DNA of 64,000 nt from Longimicrobiales bacterium (GCA_965218295.1 CBDCKN010000009.1:256001-320000), one strand, 5' to 3'; positions 20,158 to 30,759 are shown, counted from the stretch's first letter. The notes: a model not told the origin generated them from the sequence alone. Numbers and translations are program-made.

Positions 20158-20503
20158 ACGGAAATCGCGCCGCTCCTCGCGTGGCCGCTGCTCATTCTGC
20201 TCTGGGGGTGGCAGCCCGCAAGACTTTGTGCCCTGTGGGTGTGGATGGCGAAAACCCCGATCCTACTGATTAAGAGTCAGGATCCGTCGAAGGACGCCCA
20301 TGAGCCTAGCATACCCGGATTGACCTGCGGTCGCCTTCGGCGATCCTCGGTCGTCTCGGCGGTTAGCCTCCAGCCCGCATCGCGGAACCCCACGCCGCCG
20401 CCTCGGCTCGAACCTACGGTTCTGTCGGCCGACTTCGTCGCCCGACGCGTCCTCGCCTTTGGCGAGCCCGCTGAATCCGGCCGCCCCAATCACGGCCATA
20501 ACA

Positions 20504-20537
20504 AACGGCTCCACAACCGTAAGGCTGTGGAGCCGTT
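20504..20537 (-). terminator. Hairpin directly 3' of tRNA-Pro(GGG)
   Basis: AACGGCTCCACA-n10-TGTGGAGCCGTT. Confidence 0.6.
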
Positions 20538-20538
20538 A

Positions 20539-20612
20539 TCGGGACGGCCGGATTCGAACCGGCGACCCCCTGAACCCCATTCAGGTGCGCTACCGAGCTG
20601 CGCCACGTCCCG
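20539..20612 (-). tRNA. tRNA-Pro(GGG)
   Basis: Cloverleaf, CCTGA-AT-GGG-GT-TCAGG arm, GGTTCGAATCC; no CCA. Confidence 0.95.
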
Positions 20613-20784
20613 TGGAAGAGGAAAGGTAAGCTCGGTTCTACCCCGCCTCAACACCAGGGCCGAGCTACATCAGGCGGGTGCCGTGGTCGCCCCTGGGGGA
20701 TCCCGATCTCGATTCGCTGGAACTGGTGCCGAGGTCCGACGGTTATACCCACCATGGCTGAATTACTCAGCAACCGAGGAATAC

Positions 20785-21468
20785 GTGACTAATAGAGCCA
20801 ATCCGAGGAACCAGTTGTCCGTCCTCATGGCAGTCGCACTGATCCTGGGTGCCTGCTCGGATGGCACCGATGAGCCGACCGGGCCCGAAACCAGTGGGCC
20901 GGAGGGCATCGAGCTCGCGGTCCGGCTGCACCTGGTGCAGTCCGACGAGCTGGATGCGTTGAACGTTCGCCTGAGCGACGCAGAAGTCATCGAGCTCGTG
21001 ACCGCCGTGAACGAGACGTGGGCGCAGGCCGGCATCATCTGGAGCCTTGAGAGCTTCGTCCGCGAGGATGCGCGGAACGAGTCTCTGTTCAGTCGCGCTC
21101 TCATGGATCCCACCGTGAGCCCGATCTCCGTGCTCACCTCCGTGCTCTCACCGGAGAACCTGCGAACCGACATCTGGAACGTCTTCATGATCCGGGATTT
21201 CGGGGGCTCGCTGGGGGGCGTGTACCTGCCGATCGAGAAGGTGGTCGTCTCCACGGAGGTCGATCCCCTGGGACAACGCGACATCGACGGAGGCATGGCG
21301 CGCATCCTTGGCCACGAGCTGGGTCACTCTCTGGGCTTGATACACGTGCCGTGCACCGCTCAGGGCAACCTCATGGCGACTGGATGCACGCTGGGTTCGC
21401 GCACGTTCCTCGACGCGACCCAGATCACGAGGGTCCGGTTACAGGCGGAGACGGGAAGACCGTTCTAG
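20785..21468 (+). CDS. Zincin-like metallopeptidase lipoprotein
   Basis: Lipobox LGAC, HELGHSLGLIH, NLM Met-turn. Confidence 0.8.
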   Translation: MTNRANPRNQLSVLMAVALILGACSDGTDEPTGPETSGPEGIELAVRLHLVQSDELDALNVRLSDAEVIELVTAVNETWAQAGIIWSLESFVREDARNESLFSRALMDPTVSPISVLTSVLSPENLRTDIWNVFMIRDFGGSLGGVYLPIEKVVVSTEVDPLGQRDIDGGMARILGHELGHSLGLIHVPCTAQGNLMATGCTLGSRTFLDATQITRVRLQAETGRPF

Positions 21469-21483
21469 GTCACAAATCGCCCC

Positions 21484-22077
21484 TTACCGACTCCAGGGCG
21501 GCACGATGTGATTCGTGCGCGCGTAGGCGATGGACTGCCCCAGGTGCTCGTGCATGTCTCCGGCCGCGAAGCCCATGGCTGCGGTGGCCGTCACCTTTCG
21601 ACCGAACCAGTCCGTCTCCGCGCTCTGCTCTTCCTCGGTCATGTCCCGGCACGAAGCGAGCAAGTGCTCGAACGCCTTCTCCATCTCGGCGATGATCTCG
21701 CTCTTGGACAGCGTGGCCACGCGGGCGATCTCAGCCCCGAAGCCCGAGGCCACGCCCTCCGGAGGCGTGGCGCCCCAAAGCCTGGGGAAGAGGTATCCCT
21801 CGGCGACCATGAGTGCCATGACGTCCCGGACCGATCGGACGCCTTCCATGGGACGCCAGTCCCAGGTCTCCTCGGGGAAGGCCTCGGCCAGGGCGAGGAA
21901 CTTGTCCCGCATGGTCTCGAAATCGGCCACCTGCTCCTCGTGCCAGGTCTTGAGGCCCGTGTCCGGATCGCCCATGTCGGCCTGTGTGGTCGCGCCATCA
22001 TCGGGCGCCCCACATGCGGCCATGGGGAGGGCGAGCGCAGCGCCCACGATTGCCCAGCTCCAACGTCGCATCATCAT
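21484..22077 (-). CDS. DinB-family lipoprotein
   Basis: LAEAFPEETWDWRPMEGVRS, HEHLGQSIAYARTNHIVPPWS; lipobox AAC. Confidence 0.85.
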   Translation of the reverse strand: MMMRRWSWAIVGAALALPMAACGAPDDGATTQADMGDPDTGLKTWHEEQVADFETMRDKFLALAEAFPEETWDWRPMEGVRSVRDVMALMVAEGYLFPRLWGATPPEGVASGFGAEIARVATLSKSEIIAEMEKAFEHLLASCRDMTEEEQSAETDWFGRKVTATAAMGFAAGDMHEHLGQSIAYARTNHIVPPWSR

Positions 22078-22145
22078 CGTCTCTCCTCTCGAGGTGCTGT
22101 TCGGCAAGTGGGTAATCTAGCACTTCTGAGGCACGCGGATCGGGG

Positions 22146-22174
22146 TTGAACCTTTCCGCGATCTCCAATATCTT
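22146..22174 (+). promoter_or_regulatory. Sigma70-type promoter of tRNA-fMet
   Basis: TTGAAC-17 bp-TATCTT, 12 nt before the tRNA. Confidence 0.65.
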
Positions 22175-22186
22175 TTGGCTCTATAG

Positions 22187-22260
<74 letters not shown>

Positions 22261-22269
22261 CTCGCTGAC

Positions 22270-22292
22270 AACGCCGCCTTCGGGCGGCGTTT
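22270..22292 (+). terminator. Intrinsic terminator
   Basis: AACGCCGCC-TTCG-GGCGGCGTTT. Confidence 0.75.
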
Positions 22293-22488
22293 CCACGTGC
22301 TGGCCATTCAGCTTTTGGGGGAGTCGGTCGATGTTCCAGACGGATGCCAAGCAGGCTCGTGGTTGGACGATGGCCGATACGTGGTCTAGCCTGCGACCGT
22401 GGGCGGTCGGGGGGCGCCGCTAGAAACTTCGAGCGTGCACCTCTCGTCAGACCGTCCGTAGCCGAGAGGCCCGGGCGGTTTTTTTGTC

Positions 22489-22561
22489 GGCCAGGTAGCT
22501 CAGTTGGTAGAGCACGCGACTGAAAATCGCGGTGTCGGTGGTTCGATTCCGCCCCTGGCCA
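22489..22561 (+). tRNA. tRNA-Phe(GAA)
   Basis: Cloverleaf; CGCGA-CT-GAA-AA-TCGCG. Confidence 0.95.
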
Positions 22562-22599
22562 CTGAAGCACCGATTGCCTGGGCGGTCGAGCGACAACAG

Positions 22600-22672
22600 A
22601 GGTCCGTAGCTCAACTGGTAGAGCACCGGTCTCCAAAACCGGGGGTTGGGGGTTCGAGTCCCTCCGGGCCTG
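22600..22672 (+). tRNA. tRNA-Trp(CCA)
   Basis: CCGGT-CT-CCA-AA-ACCGG. Confidence 0.95.
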
Positions 22673-22688
22673 TTGGGCAGGGGAGTAC

Positions 22689-22760
22689 GCCCCCATCGTC
22701 TAGCGGCTAGGACACCACTCTTTCAAGGTGGAGATCGGGGTTCGATTCCCCGTGGGGGCA
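22689..22760 (+). tRNA. tRNA-Glu(TTC)
   Basis: CCACT-CT-TTC-AA-GGTGG. Confidence 0.95.
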
Positions 22761-22804
22761 TGGTGCAGGACACCGGACCAGGGGTCCGGACGCGGTAGAG
22801 GTCT

Positions 22805-22879
22805 GGGGCTGTAGCTCAGCTTGGTTAGAGTGCCGGTCTGTCACACCGGAGGTCGCGGGTTCAAGTCCCGTCAGCCCCG
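22805..22879 (+). tRNA. tRNA-Asp(GTC)
   Basis: CCGGT-CT-GTC-AC-ACCGG. Confidence 0.95.
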
Positions 22880-22918
22880 CTGGATGAGCTGTTTGAAATC
22901 TCACAGGTTTAACGTGCT

Positions 22919-22991
<73 letters not shown>

Positions 22992-23004
22992 CTGTACGGA
23001 TCGG

Positions 23005-23089
23005 GCTCGGGTGGCGGAATTGGTAGACGCGCAGGGTTCAGGACCCTGTGGGGGTTAACCCCGTGAGGGTTCGAGTCCCTCCCCGAGCA
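23005..23089 (+). tRNA. tRNA-Leu(CAG)
   Basis: CAGGG-TT-CAG-GA-CCCTG, long variable arm. Confidence 0.95.
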
Positions 23090-23121
23090 TTTCTGCTCGG
23101 CTCGGTTCGGTCCGACAGAGC

Positions 23122-23205
23122 GCCCACGTGCTGGAATTGGTAGACAGGCTGGTTTGAGGGACCAGTGTCGGAAACGGCGTACAGGTTCGAGTCCTGTCGT
23201 GGGCA
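23122..23205 (+). tRNA. tRNA-Leu(GAG)
   Basis: CTGGT-TT-GAG-GG-ACCAG, long variable arm. Confidence 0.95.
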
Positions 23206-23388
23206 CTTTTCGCGGGCGCTTTTGGCGCAGTGCGGCGTCGGGACTGCGGACGACCCTCCCTGCGGCGTACGTGTGTACGCCTCAGTCGGGTCGCCTTGCC
23301 CTCCTTGCCCTGCACCAAAATCGCTCCGCGAAAAGGGTGGTCTTCGAGACCGTTTGGATTGCAGTTTGTTTGTTGGATCGCGGTTTTT

Positions 23389-23463
23389 GCGCCCGTAGCT
23401 CAGTTGGATTAGAGCGCCTGACTACGGATCAGGAGGCCGGGGGTTCGAGTCCCTCCGGGCGTG
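23389..23463 (+). tRNA. tRNA-Arg(ACG)
   Basis: CCTGA-CT-ACG-GA-TCAGG. Confidence 0.95.
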
Positions 23464-23496
23464 TTGGAGTACAAATTGGAGTACAAAGAGGGGACC

Positions 23497-23570
23497 GGGC
23501 GCGTAGCTCAGTTGGTTAGAGCGCTACGTTGACATCGTAGAGGTCAGAGGTTCGAGTCCTCTCGCGCCCA
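23497..23570 (+). tRNA. tRNA-Val(GAC)
   Basis: CTACG-TT-GAC-AT-CGTAG. Confidence 0.95.
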
Positions 23571-23614
23571 CTTTGGCGGCTCTTGGCGGGAACGCCGAGT
23601 GGCCGACATGATCG

Positions 23615-23687
23615 GGGGCCGTAGCTCAGTTGGGAGAGCGCAGCGTTCGCAATGCTGAGGTCAGGGGTTCGATTCCCCTCGGCTCCA
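23615..23687 (+). tRNA. tRNA-Ala(CGC)
   Basis: CAGCG-TT-CGC-AA-TGCTG; body identical to Ala(GGC) outside the anticodon arm. Confidence 0.95.
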
Positions 23688-23693
23688 CTGGTT

Positions 23694-23767
23694 GCCACCT
23701 TAGCTCAGTCTGGTAGAGCACGTCACTCGTAATGACGGGGTCGTCGGTTCGATTCCGACAGGTGGCT
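23694..23767 (+). tRNA. tRNA-Thr(CGT)
   Basis: CGTCA-CT-CGT-AA-TGACG. Confidence 0.95.
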
Positions 23768-23773
23768 TTTGGA

Positions 23774-23846
23774 TGCCCCTTGGTGTAACTGGCAACACGC
23801 CGGATTCTGGTTCCGGAGAGTCTAGGTTCGAGCCCTAGAGGGGCAA
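23774..23846 (+). tRNA. tRNA-Gln(CTG)
   Basis: CCGGA-TT-CTG-GT-TCCGG. Confidence 0.93.
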
Positions 23847-23869
23847 CTAGTGTGGAATACCACACTTAG

Positions 23870-23953
23870 GGAGGGATGGCCGAGTGGCTTAAGGCGGCGC
23901 CCTGCTAAGGCGTTGGACGCAAGTCCGCGTGGGTTCGAATCCCACTCCCTCCG
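23870..23953 (+). tRNA. tRNA-Ser(GCT)
   Basis: GCGCC-CT-GCT-AA-GGCGT, variable arm, G73. Confidence 0.95.
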
Positions 23954-23975
23954 CTGAGAGTAGTTGGATGGTGAC

Positions 23976-24087
23976 GTGGGATTCGCGAGCCGAGGCGCCC
24001 GCAACGGTCTCGAAGATCGGAGTGGTGATCGCCGAGACGACCGAGGATCGCCGAAGGCGACCGCAGGTCAATCCCACTCCCTCCGCT
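23976..24087 (+). repeat. Structured tRNA-linked element ending in an 18-nt copy of the tRNA-Ser(GCT) 3' end
   Basis: GTGGGATT...AATCCCACTCCCTCCGCT; a ~44-bp core is shared, inverted, with 20318..20361. Confidence 0.8.
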
Positions 24088-24131
24088 CAGGTATTTGAAT
24101 GCGTAGGACATGGGGTTCTTCACTGACAACT

Positions 24132-24216
24132 GGACGGGTGGCCGAGCGGCTTAAGGCGCACGATTGGAAATCGTGTGGGTTGATAGCCCACGTGGGTTCG
24201 AATCCCACCCCGTCCG
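24132..24216 (+). tRNA. tRNA-Ser(GGA)
   Basis: CACGA-TT-GGA-AA-TCGTG, variable arm. Confidence 0.95.
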
Positions 24217-24347
24217 CTTGGAGTACACGAGTGCCACTGAGGGCGTTGTGGGATTCGTTCGAGTACACTCCCACCCCGTTCCGCTAGGAGTGGGATGGCC
24301 CACGCGTCCGGTAGGAACGCGGTTTCTGGGCACTTGATAGTAGAATT

Positions 24348-24421
24348 CGGGGCGTGGCTCAGTCCGGTAGAGCGCTGCGTTCGGGACGCAGAGGTCCCCG
24401 GTTCAAATCCGGGCGCCCCGA
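24348..24421 (+). tRNA. tRNA-Pro(CGG)
   Basis: CTGCG-TT-CGG-GA-CGCAG. Confidence 0.95.
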
Positions 24422-24437
24422 TTGGATTGCGACGTTT

Positions 24438-24521
24438 GGAGCCGTCGCATAACTGGTATTGCACCGGTCTCGAAAACCGGCGTCCCAAAAGGACTTGTGG
24501 GTTCGAGTCCCACCGGCTCCG
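24438..24521 (+). tRNA. tRNA-Ser(CGA) with atypical D-arm; island integration site
   Basis: GGAGCCG/CGGCTCC-G acceptor, CCGGT-CT-CGA-AA-ACCGG, variable stem GTCC-CAAAA-GGAC. Confidence 0.88.
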
Positions 24522-24713
24522 CTTTGCAGGACAACGACTTACGGCGTTCGTGAATCGACGAGGACTCGGGTGGGTGATGTGGAGTTACCCCAAGACATTA
24601 CCCGCGGTAGTAAGTCCGAGGGTTTTGGCGACGCGGTCGAAGTAGCCGGCACCCGCCTCCCTCACCCCGGTTCGTTCAGCCCGGCACTCAGGTGGGCCCA
24701 GCCGACTGTCGCA

Positions 24714-25538
24714 TTACCATCCCAGATCCGACCGCTGGCTCTTGGGCACACGCACGTTGCGGGCGCCCCACTCTAGATTCTTGCAAAAGATCGACGTGCA
24801 CCACTCGTGGGTGCTGGCGGGACCCGCTCCATAGAAGTCGAGCCGCACGAACCCATGCTCCGCGAGGATGTCGAAGGCCGGATTGTACTGCCATCGATCC
24901 GAGTTGTCGAACACGATGATGCCGCGTTCCTTGATGTGCTCTACCGCGATCCAAGTGCTGAGACTTCGAGCCATTCCGTCGACGACGATGATGTCGAAGT
25001 AGCCCTTCCCGTACTTGGCCAACTCCCCGGCATACGCGGTAAATCCCTCACACGCGAGACCGTGCTGGATATCGTGGTTGATATTGCCGCTTGTGGGCAG
25101 CTCGGGGTGCCGCCGAAAAAACTCGTCGGCACTTTCTGAGTATTCGGGGGCCGGTGCGATGCCTCTTGGGATCAGGTGGACGCGCAGATTCGAAGGCGCT
25201 GTGCTCGAGACCTTCTTCGCCCAGGTCTCGTCGTGCTCCACCGAGACGACTTCCGCCACGTGTGTGCTCCACCATAACGAAGAGTTTCCACACCCGTACT
25301 CGAAGACCTTGTGCTCCAGGGAAACGATGCGCTCGAGCATCATGAGCGCCGGGTATGTAATCCATGGGATCGGGCCATCCATGCCGATCGACTGCCGCGA
25401 CATCGATGACTCGATCCAGCCCTTGTTGGTCAGGTAGTCCCCCACGTACCGGTTAACGGCTCGGTGCCGATAGAAGGCTTCCCTCCCTTTTTGACCCATC
25501 AGCTTTCTGACAACCGATCGCAGCACCGATCGAGCCAT
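24714..25538 (-). CDS. Class I SAM-dependent methyltransferase of the type found in glycan loci
   Basis: PIPWITYPA, VFEYGCGNSSLWW, VSVEHD, FDIIVVDG, GIIVFDNSDR. Confidence 0.8.
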   Translation of the reverse strand: MARSVLRSVVRKLMGQKGREAFYRHRAVNRYVGDYLTNKGWIESSMSRQSIGMDGPIPWITYPALMMLERIVSLEHKVFEYGCGNSSLWWSTHVAEVVSVEHDETWAKKVSSTAPSNLRVHLIPRGIAPAPEYSESADEFFRRHPELPTSGNINHDIQHGLACEGFTAYAGELAKYGKGYFDIIVVDGMARSLSTWIAVEHIKERGIIVFDNSDRWQYNPAFDILAEHGFVRLDFYGAGPASTHEWCTSIFCKNLEWGARNVRVPKSQRSDLGW

Positions 25539-25719
25539 TCAAACCTACCTTTCACGGACGCATTGAAGCGCGTCCATGATACGTGCAGAGACGAGGAACC
25601 GTAAGGCGGCGGTCACGGGCATGGAATTCCATAGGCCGGAACCAGCCTGATCGGTCCCGCTCTCCGCGCGATGGGAGGCGGGAAGCAGAATGAGACGGCG
25701 TTACCCGATGCGATCCTTC

Positions 25720-26010
25720 TACGCTGGTCCTCCAGCCAAAGGTGTTCCACCGACCAGAGCGGATTGGCTCTGAATGGAGTACTCATGCCCTTGACTCTCC
25801 GATTCGCGACACACGTCTCGACATTCAACACGAGATAGGTGAACGGCAGCTCTTCCGCAAAGACCTCCATCGGGCCACGAAAGATCTCGTCCATTTCATC
25901 GGGGTGATCCGTGTTCTGTGCCGCCTCGAGCAGCTGAGCTACCCGAGCATTGTCGTAGCCGAGGGGAGCGTCCTCACCGAAGAACTTGAGGAGTCCGTCG
26001 ATGTCGCCTC
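25720..26010 (-). pseudogene. C-terminal fragment of an ABC (SBP family 5) substrate-binding protein
   Basis: GYDNARVAQLLEAA...EELPFTYL...ANRRVKG...VEHLWLE; N-terminal part absent. Confidence 0.55.
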
Positions 26011-26251
26011 GAACTCCCAGTGCTCCCGCATCATGCGTGGGAACCAATCGTGGGCTTCTCGAGCAGAGTGAATGCCGTAGTGGGGTGAGAGCCTGAACGA
26101 GACGCATGTGGTGCCTGTTGGTAGGCGGATTTGAGGGACTGCGGGTCCATCTATCCGCCTGCGGCAAGGTTCCGAAGTCGAGGATGTCGCCATGCGGACG
26201 TCCAGGTGTCCTCCGAGAGGGGCGCGGAAATCCCAACACGGTCTCGTACCA

Positions 26252-27031
26252 CTACCGCTGGTGACTCCGGCTCCGTCGCGGTGCGCGCCAGGTGTACGCC
26301 AAAGGGGCAAAGCCAAGCCGTCGTAGAAAGAGCCAGGCTTCCCCCACAGCTTCACGGATCCGTGGGAGCGGGCCTACCCGGGGCACGCCGGCGGTCGGAT
26401 CCCGGTCGTCGATCGTGGTTTCGGGGATCGTCGGGTGCGGCACGACACAAGGCGGCGTCACGGCATGGACTACCACTCCCGCGCGGGGCGCATACCCGAT
26501 CACCCAATCCGCAGGCATGCGATGGGGCTCGGAGTACGAGAGGAGCTTGGTTGCACCCTCGGGGGTGAGGAAGTACGCGTAGGCTCCCATGGGAAACTCC
26601 GCCAGACGTGCTAGACGATGCCCTTCAGGGAGAGCGCGTGAGCGGAATGTCAACACCACGCCCCGCTCTGGTCCCCGTCGAACCGAATGATGTCCGAGCA
26701 ACACCAGGTCGGAGTCCCCGGCTACCTGCGGCAGCGCGAGGACGATGGCCCGGGAAGCCGGCCGGAGGAGGACGTCGTCCTCGAGGATGACGGCGGAGCG
26801 CGAGGACGCCTCTACCTGCCGCCAAGCCATCGCGTGTGTACAGAGGCACGCCCACTCGGCGCGCGTGACCCCAATCGGGGCCGGCGCCCCGGCCGAAAGA
26901 TCGCGAGCGTCGATCGCATCCACGAACCGGGGCTCAATCTCCCGTGCGCCAAGCGCCTCGACCATGAGCGAGCGGTGGTCCGCAGAGCGTCGCAGACTCA
27001 GCACGAGCACGGGTGGAAAGTCGTGCCTCAT
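26252..27031 (-). CDS. Glycosyltransferase family 25
   Basis: VLSLRRSADHR, RFVDAID, EWACLCTH, VILEDD, GAYAYFLTPEGATKLL, PADW. Confidence 0.88.
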   Translation of the reverse strand: MRHDFPPVLVLSLRRSADHRSLMVEALGAREIEPRFVDAIDARDLSAGAPAPIGVTRAEWACLCTHAMAWRQVEASSRSAVILEDDVLLRPASRAIVLALPQVAGDSDLVLLGHHSVRRGPERGVVLTFRSRALPEGHRLARLAEFPMGAYAYFLTPEGATKLLSYSEPHRMPADWVIGYAPRAGVVVHAVTPPCVVPHPTIPETTIDDRDPTAGVPRVGPLPRIREAVGEAWLFLRRLGFAPLAYTWRAPRRSRSHQR

Positions 27032-27899
27032 TTCGGCCGACCCATGACGACGGGATCCACCTCGCCGTCCAACTCGGGATCGTCCGCATCCACGCTCAGC
27101 AGGTGCTCGTTTACGTGCTCACCACTCGGTCTCCCGCACCACTCGCGGATCGCCCGATCGGCAAGGGCGAAGCACTGACGGGAGGCGTGGACCAGGCTGA
27201 AGTTCATGGCAGACAGCAAAGGGGAGCTGATCGACGTCGTATCGCTCGCAGGACGCGGTCCACAGCCCCAGGGATTAGCCGGGTTGCGGCGTTGGGGCCC
27301 TCGATGGGCGGCCGATCACGCTCGTCAAAGGGCTGACCGACAAAGCTGCTCCCTCGCCGGGGTTCGGGAAAGGGCTCGCTGCCGAAGTACCCGTCTCGCT
27401 GAAGTCAGCTTCCGCACAGGTGGGGGGCAATTTTGGCAACAAGTAACTGCTGGTCGGTCTGCGAGTAATCGCCAATCGTGTAGTCCGCCATTAGCACATC
27501 GAGATCGTCCGGCGCGCCACGCCTGGCGCCCCATATCCCGCCGAGAACAGGGACCTTGTGCCAAGGGTGGTCCCGCATCGGGTGCGCAAGGCGCCCGCTA
27601 TGTCGGGTCGCTGCAGGCACCGACTGCCCGCAGTAATACCGGCATCGCCACCCTGGGTACAGCGCGGAGCGAGTTCCGCGTTGCGAAGAGCCCCGGCAAG
27701 TTACCGCGGCTGATCGGCCCAGAGCGATAAGCTGATGATCCCTCTCGCGATCTCATCCCGGACGGCGAGGTTGCGACGAAAAGGAGGGTGCAAGAGGCCG
27801 AATCGCCCCAAGTATAGACAGCTGCCGCCCACGGCGCCTCCGGACCAGCTCATGCCAGGCGGGTTTGCATCGGCCGCGCAGCCCACCGAGAATGTCTCC

Positions 27900-28258
27900 A
27901 TGGGCGTTTCCGAAATCACAGGCTTCGTCATCGTTCGAGACGTCGTGAGGAATGGGTATCCCTTTCTCGAGGCGATCTTCACCTCCCTGGGTCTATGCAG
28001 GACGATCCATGTCCTGGACGGGGAGTCCGAGGACGAAAGCTGGCCGTCACTGACGGCCCTGAGGGAGATCGTAGGAAGGGATCGGCTCGTGCTCCATCAG
28101 GAGGGATGGAGGGCGCGAGGCCGCACCCACCTCCTTGCAGCGGCTACGAACCAACTACGGGAAAAGCTGTCTGTGCCTCCCGGAGCCTGGCTCTGGAACT
28201 TCCAGGCGAACGAGGTCGTGGCCCCGGCGACCGTCTCTGATATCCAGCAGCTGATCCA
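27900..28258 (+). pseudogene. N-terminal fragment of a GT-A glycosyltransferase, cut by the internal att copy
   Basis: ITGFVIVRDVVRNGYPFLEAI...VLDGESED...WLWNFQANEVV, then tRNA-derived sequence. Confidence 0.65.
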
Positions 28259-28527
28259 GTGGGTTCGAGTCCCACCGGCTCCGCTTTATAAGACAATGAC
28301 TTACGGCGTTCTTGAGTCGACGAGGGGTGGGGCGGGTACCCGGCCGGACAGACACAGCGGGAAGATCGATGCAGGCCGGACCTAAACGGCCTTAGACGTA
28401 CTCACTGGTACACCGAGAGCGCAGGTAGTCCAGAATCTTGCAGTCGTGGTATCGCAATGTGCTTTCCCTATTCGCGAGCAGGCTTGCGTGCGTCCCACTT
28501 TCTTCACGTCCGCACGGGTTGTGATGC

Positions 28528-30197
28528 TCAGTCTTTCTGGAGGAGAATCCAGATCATAATCCCCGATTGGATCACGGCGCCGGGACGGTAACCGATACGA
28601 TTAAATGCCGCGAGATCATCCTGAAGCTGTTGCCGGACTATCGTGAGGAGGACGAATCGGTTCAATGCGACGGTTCCGTCGGCCGACAGGTGCTTGATCA
28701 CTGCCTCGGGCGGTAGGTCTGATGTCGAGTCCACATAGCGGACGACCGTGGATGTGGCAGGCGCTCCTTTTCCTTCGATGCCGATTCTGCTGTATGTGTA
28801 ACTCGCTTGCTCGTGGTACCCGCCGATCTTGAATCGGAGAGCGCTGGGTTGCGTTCTCGAAGAATGAGGAAGAAAGAAAACGCTTCGAAAGTAATTTGTG
28901 GGCGGCATGCCCGACTCTGTTGGTTCCAGGAGCGCGACAACCAGCGGTGCTTGCGGTCTGGCGGCTTCGTTCAGGAAGGCGGTGACATGGGTTGTCTCCT
29001 CTCGATGCTCGCGCGCATAACCGTGCTGAAAGGGGAGGATCGTGTTCTTGGGAGCCAGGAACCCCGATATCGCCTCGCCCTCGATGGCCAGAATGACGAC
29101 GAGGATTGTCGTGGCGACGATCGCCATGGGAGCCGAGACGGGGAAGGGGGCCATTTGACGCTGATGTGACGTGCCATGCCCCAGAGCGCCCCAAGGCTAA
29201 TGAGGAGCAACGGGAGATTCGGTGCCGCGAAGCGCAGCTCGATGAACGGATTGATCGGATCATCGGGTTGCGTCACCTCGATCAAATGCTCGATGCTGAC
29301 GACATTGAAGGCGGCGAGCCAGATCAATGCGTAGCAGAGAACGACGAGACGGCCCTTCCCTGCGTTGGAGAGCGGGCGCTCCAGCGCTGGTGCCGATCTG
29401 TGGCGATTGCATACCCGGGACCACACGCACCCTGCCGCACAGCCGAGTGCGGAGAGCAAGAATGCATAGAACAGGGCGGTTCCCGCAGCATCCTGCGTCG
29501 CGATGAACAGCTTTCTGACGGGACCCCGGATGATCTCGATCCAGGCGGCGGCGTCCGGTAGTGACAGCGAACCCAGTTTGTCGGTGAATGGTGCGGGATT
29601 CCAGATGGGCACGAGGAAATAGAGAACGAGTCCCGCGACATAGATTCCAACTCTCGGGAGGCGGCTCTGTTTCGATTGGTAGAGATCCCACCCGGCAAAG
29701 AGCATGAGCGGAAAGAGGACGGCCATGCCCACGTAGCGCGCCCATATCAGCAGTGAACCACTGAGCGCAAAGATCGACAGGTAGATCAGCTTCCGCGTCA
29801 TCGTGTACCGGATCAGCCCGTACAGGTGAACCGCCGAAATCGCCAGAAACGGTGGTTCGCTCCAGGCGAACTGAAACGGCCAGGTGACGGCTTTCGTGCA
29901 CATGGCGGCAAGAGTCAAAGCAAGAGCGGTCGTGGGGTCACCGGTGAGCTCGGAGATTCCCTTGAAGAGCGCTACGGCCAGGACCACGAGAAGCATGGCA
30001 TTCAGCCAGGACGCGGCCCCGATCGGACCGCGGTCAATCCCCAGGAACAGACCTAACAGCGCCCCATACCCCGACGAGAACCAGCCCGGCTTGAGGTGGC
30101 TTAGGGCAAAGTCATTTCTCAAGCGTAGGCCGCGGTCAATGTAGAAGGAACGAGTCGTCGGTGAGGCCAACGCCGGCTTGCACGATGCGATCGCCAA
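28528..30197 (-). pseudogene. Multi-pass membrane protein (GT-C/ArnT-like), split in two frames
   Basis: AWSEPPFL, WARYVGMA, ELRFAAP motifs; overlapping ORFs 28971..30197 and 28528..29154. Confidence 0.5.
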
Positions 30198-30590
30198 CGA
30201 GAAGCGTCAGGATCACGAGAAGCGTCAACTGGATGGCTACCACCAGTCGAGGTCGATGACTGGCCTCCAGCGGGGGGGGGGGGTCTTGCTGCTCGATAGC
30301 TTGATTCGCATCTACAATACCGCACTACTCCCACTCGGCGTGACGTACCTACCAGCGCTACGTGAGATCGCTCGGGATCCCGCTCGGGCTGCAGCCACCC
30401 AATGTGTATTCGGTTGGCTAGGAAGATCGACTCGGCGCACCGCTGAGGCCAGTCCGAGCGTTTCGCACTCAGAGGTAGACATGCGCGGTGCAGCGCTCCG
30501 CGCAGGTGGAGACTAGATGCATGGAGTGGGAGAGCGAATCGCGTTGTTCGCCGGACCATATTATGACGATATGGACCGCTTCTACTGGAC

Positions 30591-30759
30591 GCGTCCCAAG
30601 AGGACATCCTGAGCATCCCCGGCATTTGGCAGCCGGATGCTCCGCGAGTTCGAGGAGTACCGACCCCACACCGCGATGGCGCAGTTCCGTCGGGAGATGG
30701 GTAAGTACGTGGACGACGACGAGGTCGCACGCATGGCGCGCTGCGTAGAGATCCGCTGA
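30591..30759 (+). pseudogene. Helix-hairpin-helix (ComEA-like) C-terminal fragment
   Basis: ASQEDILSIPGI/frameshift/GSRMLREFEEYRPHTAMAQFRREMGKYVDDDEVAR. Confidence 0.6.

Noticed and set aside
20239..20784. N-terminal extension of the 409-aa ORF
   Set aside because: Runs antisense through tRNA-Pro and the repeat element; the real start is GTG 20785 with an RBS and lipobox
23465..23487. TTGGAGTACAAA doublet after tRNA-Arg
   Set aside because: Could be an integrase arm-site scar, but it is too short and has no partner att site to support a claim
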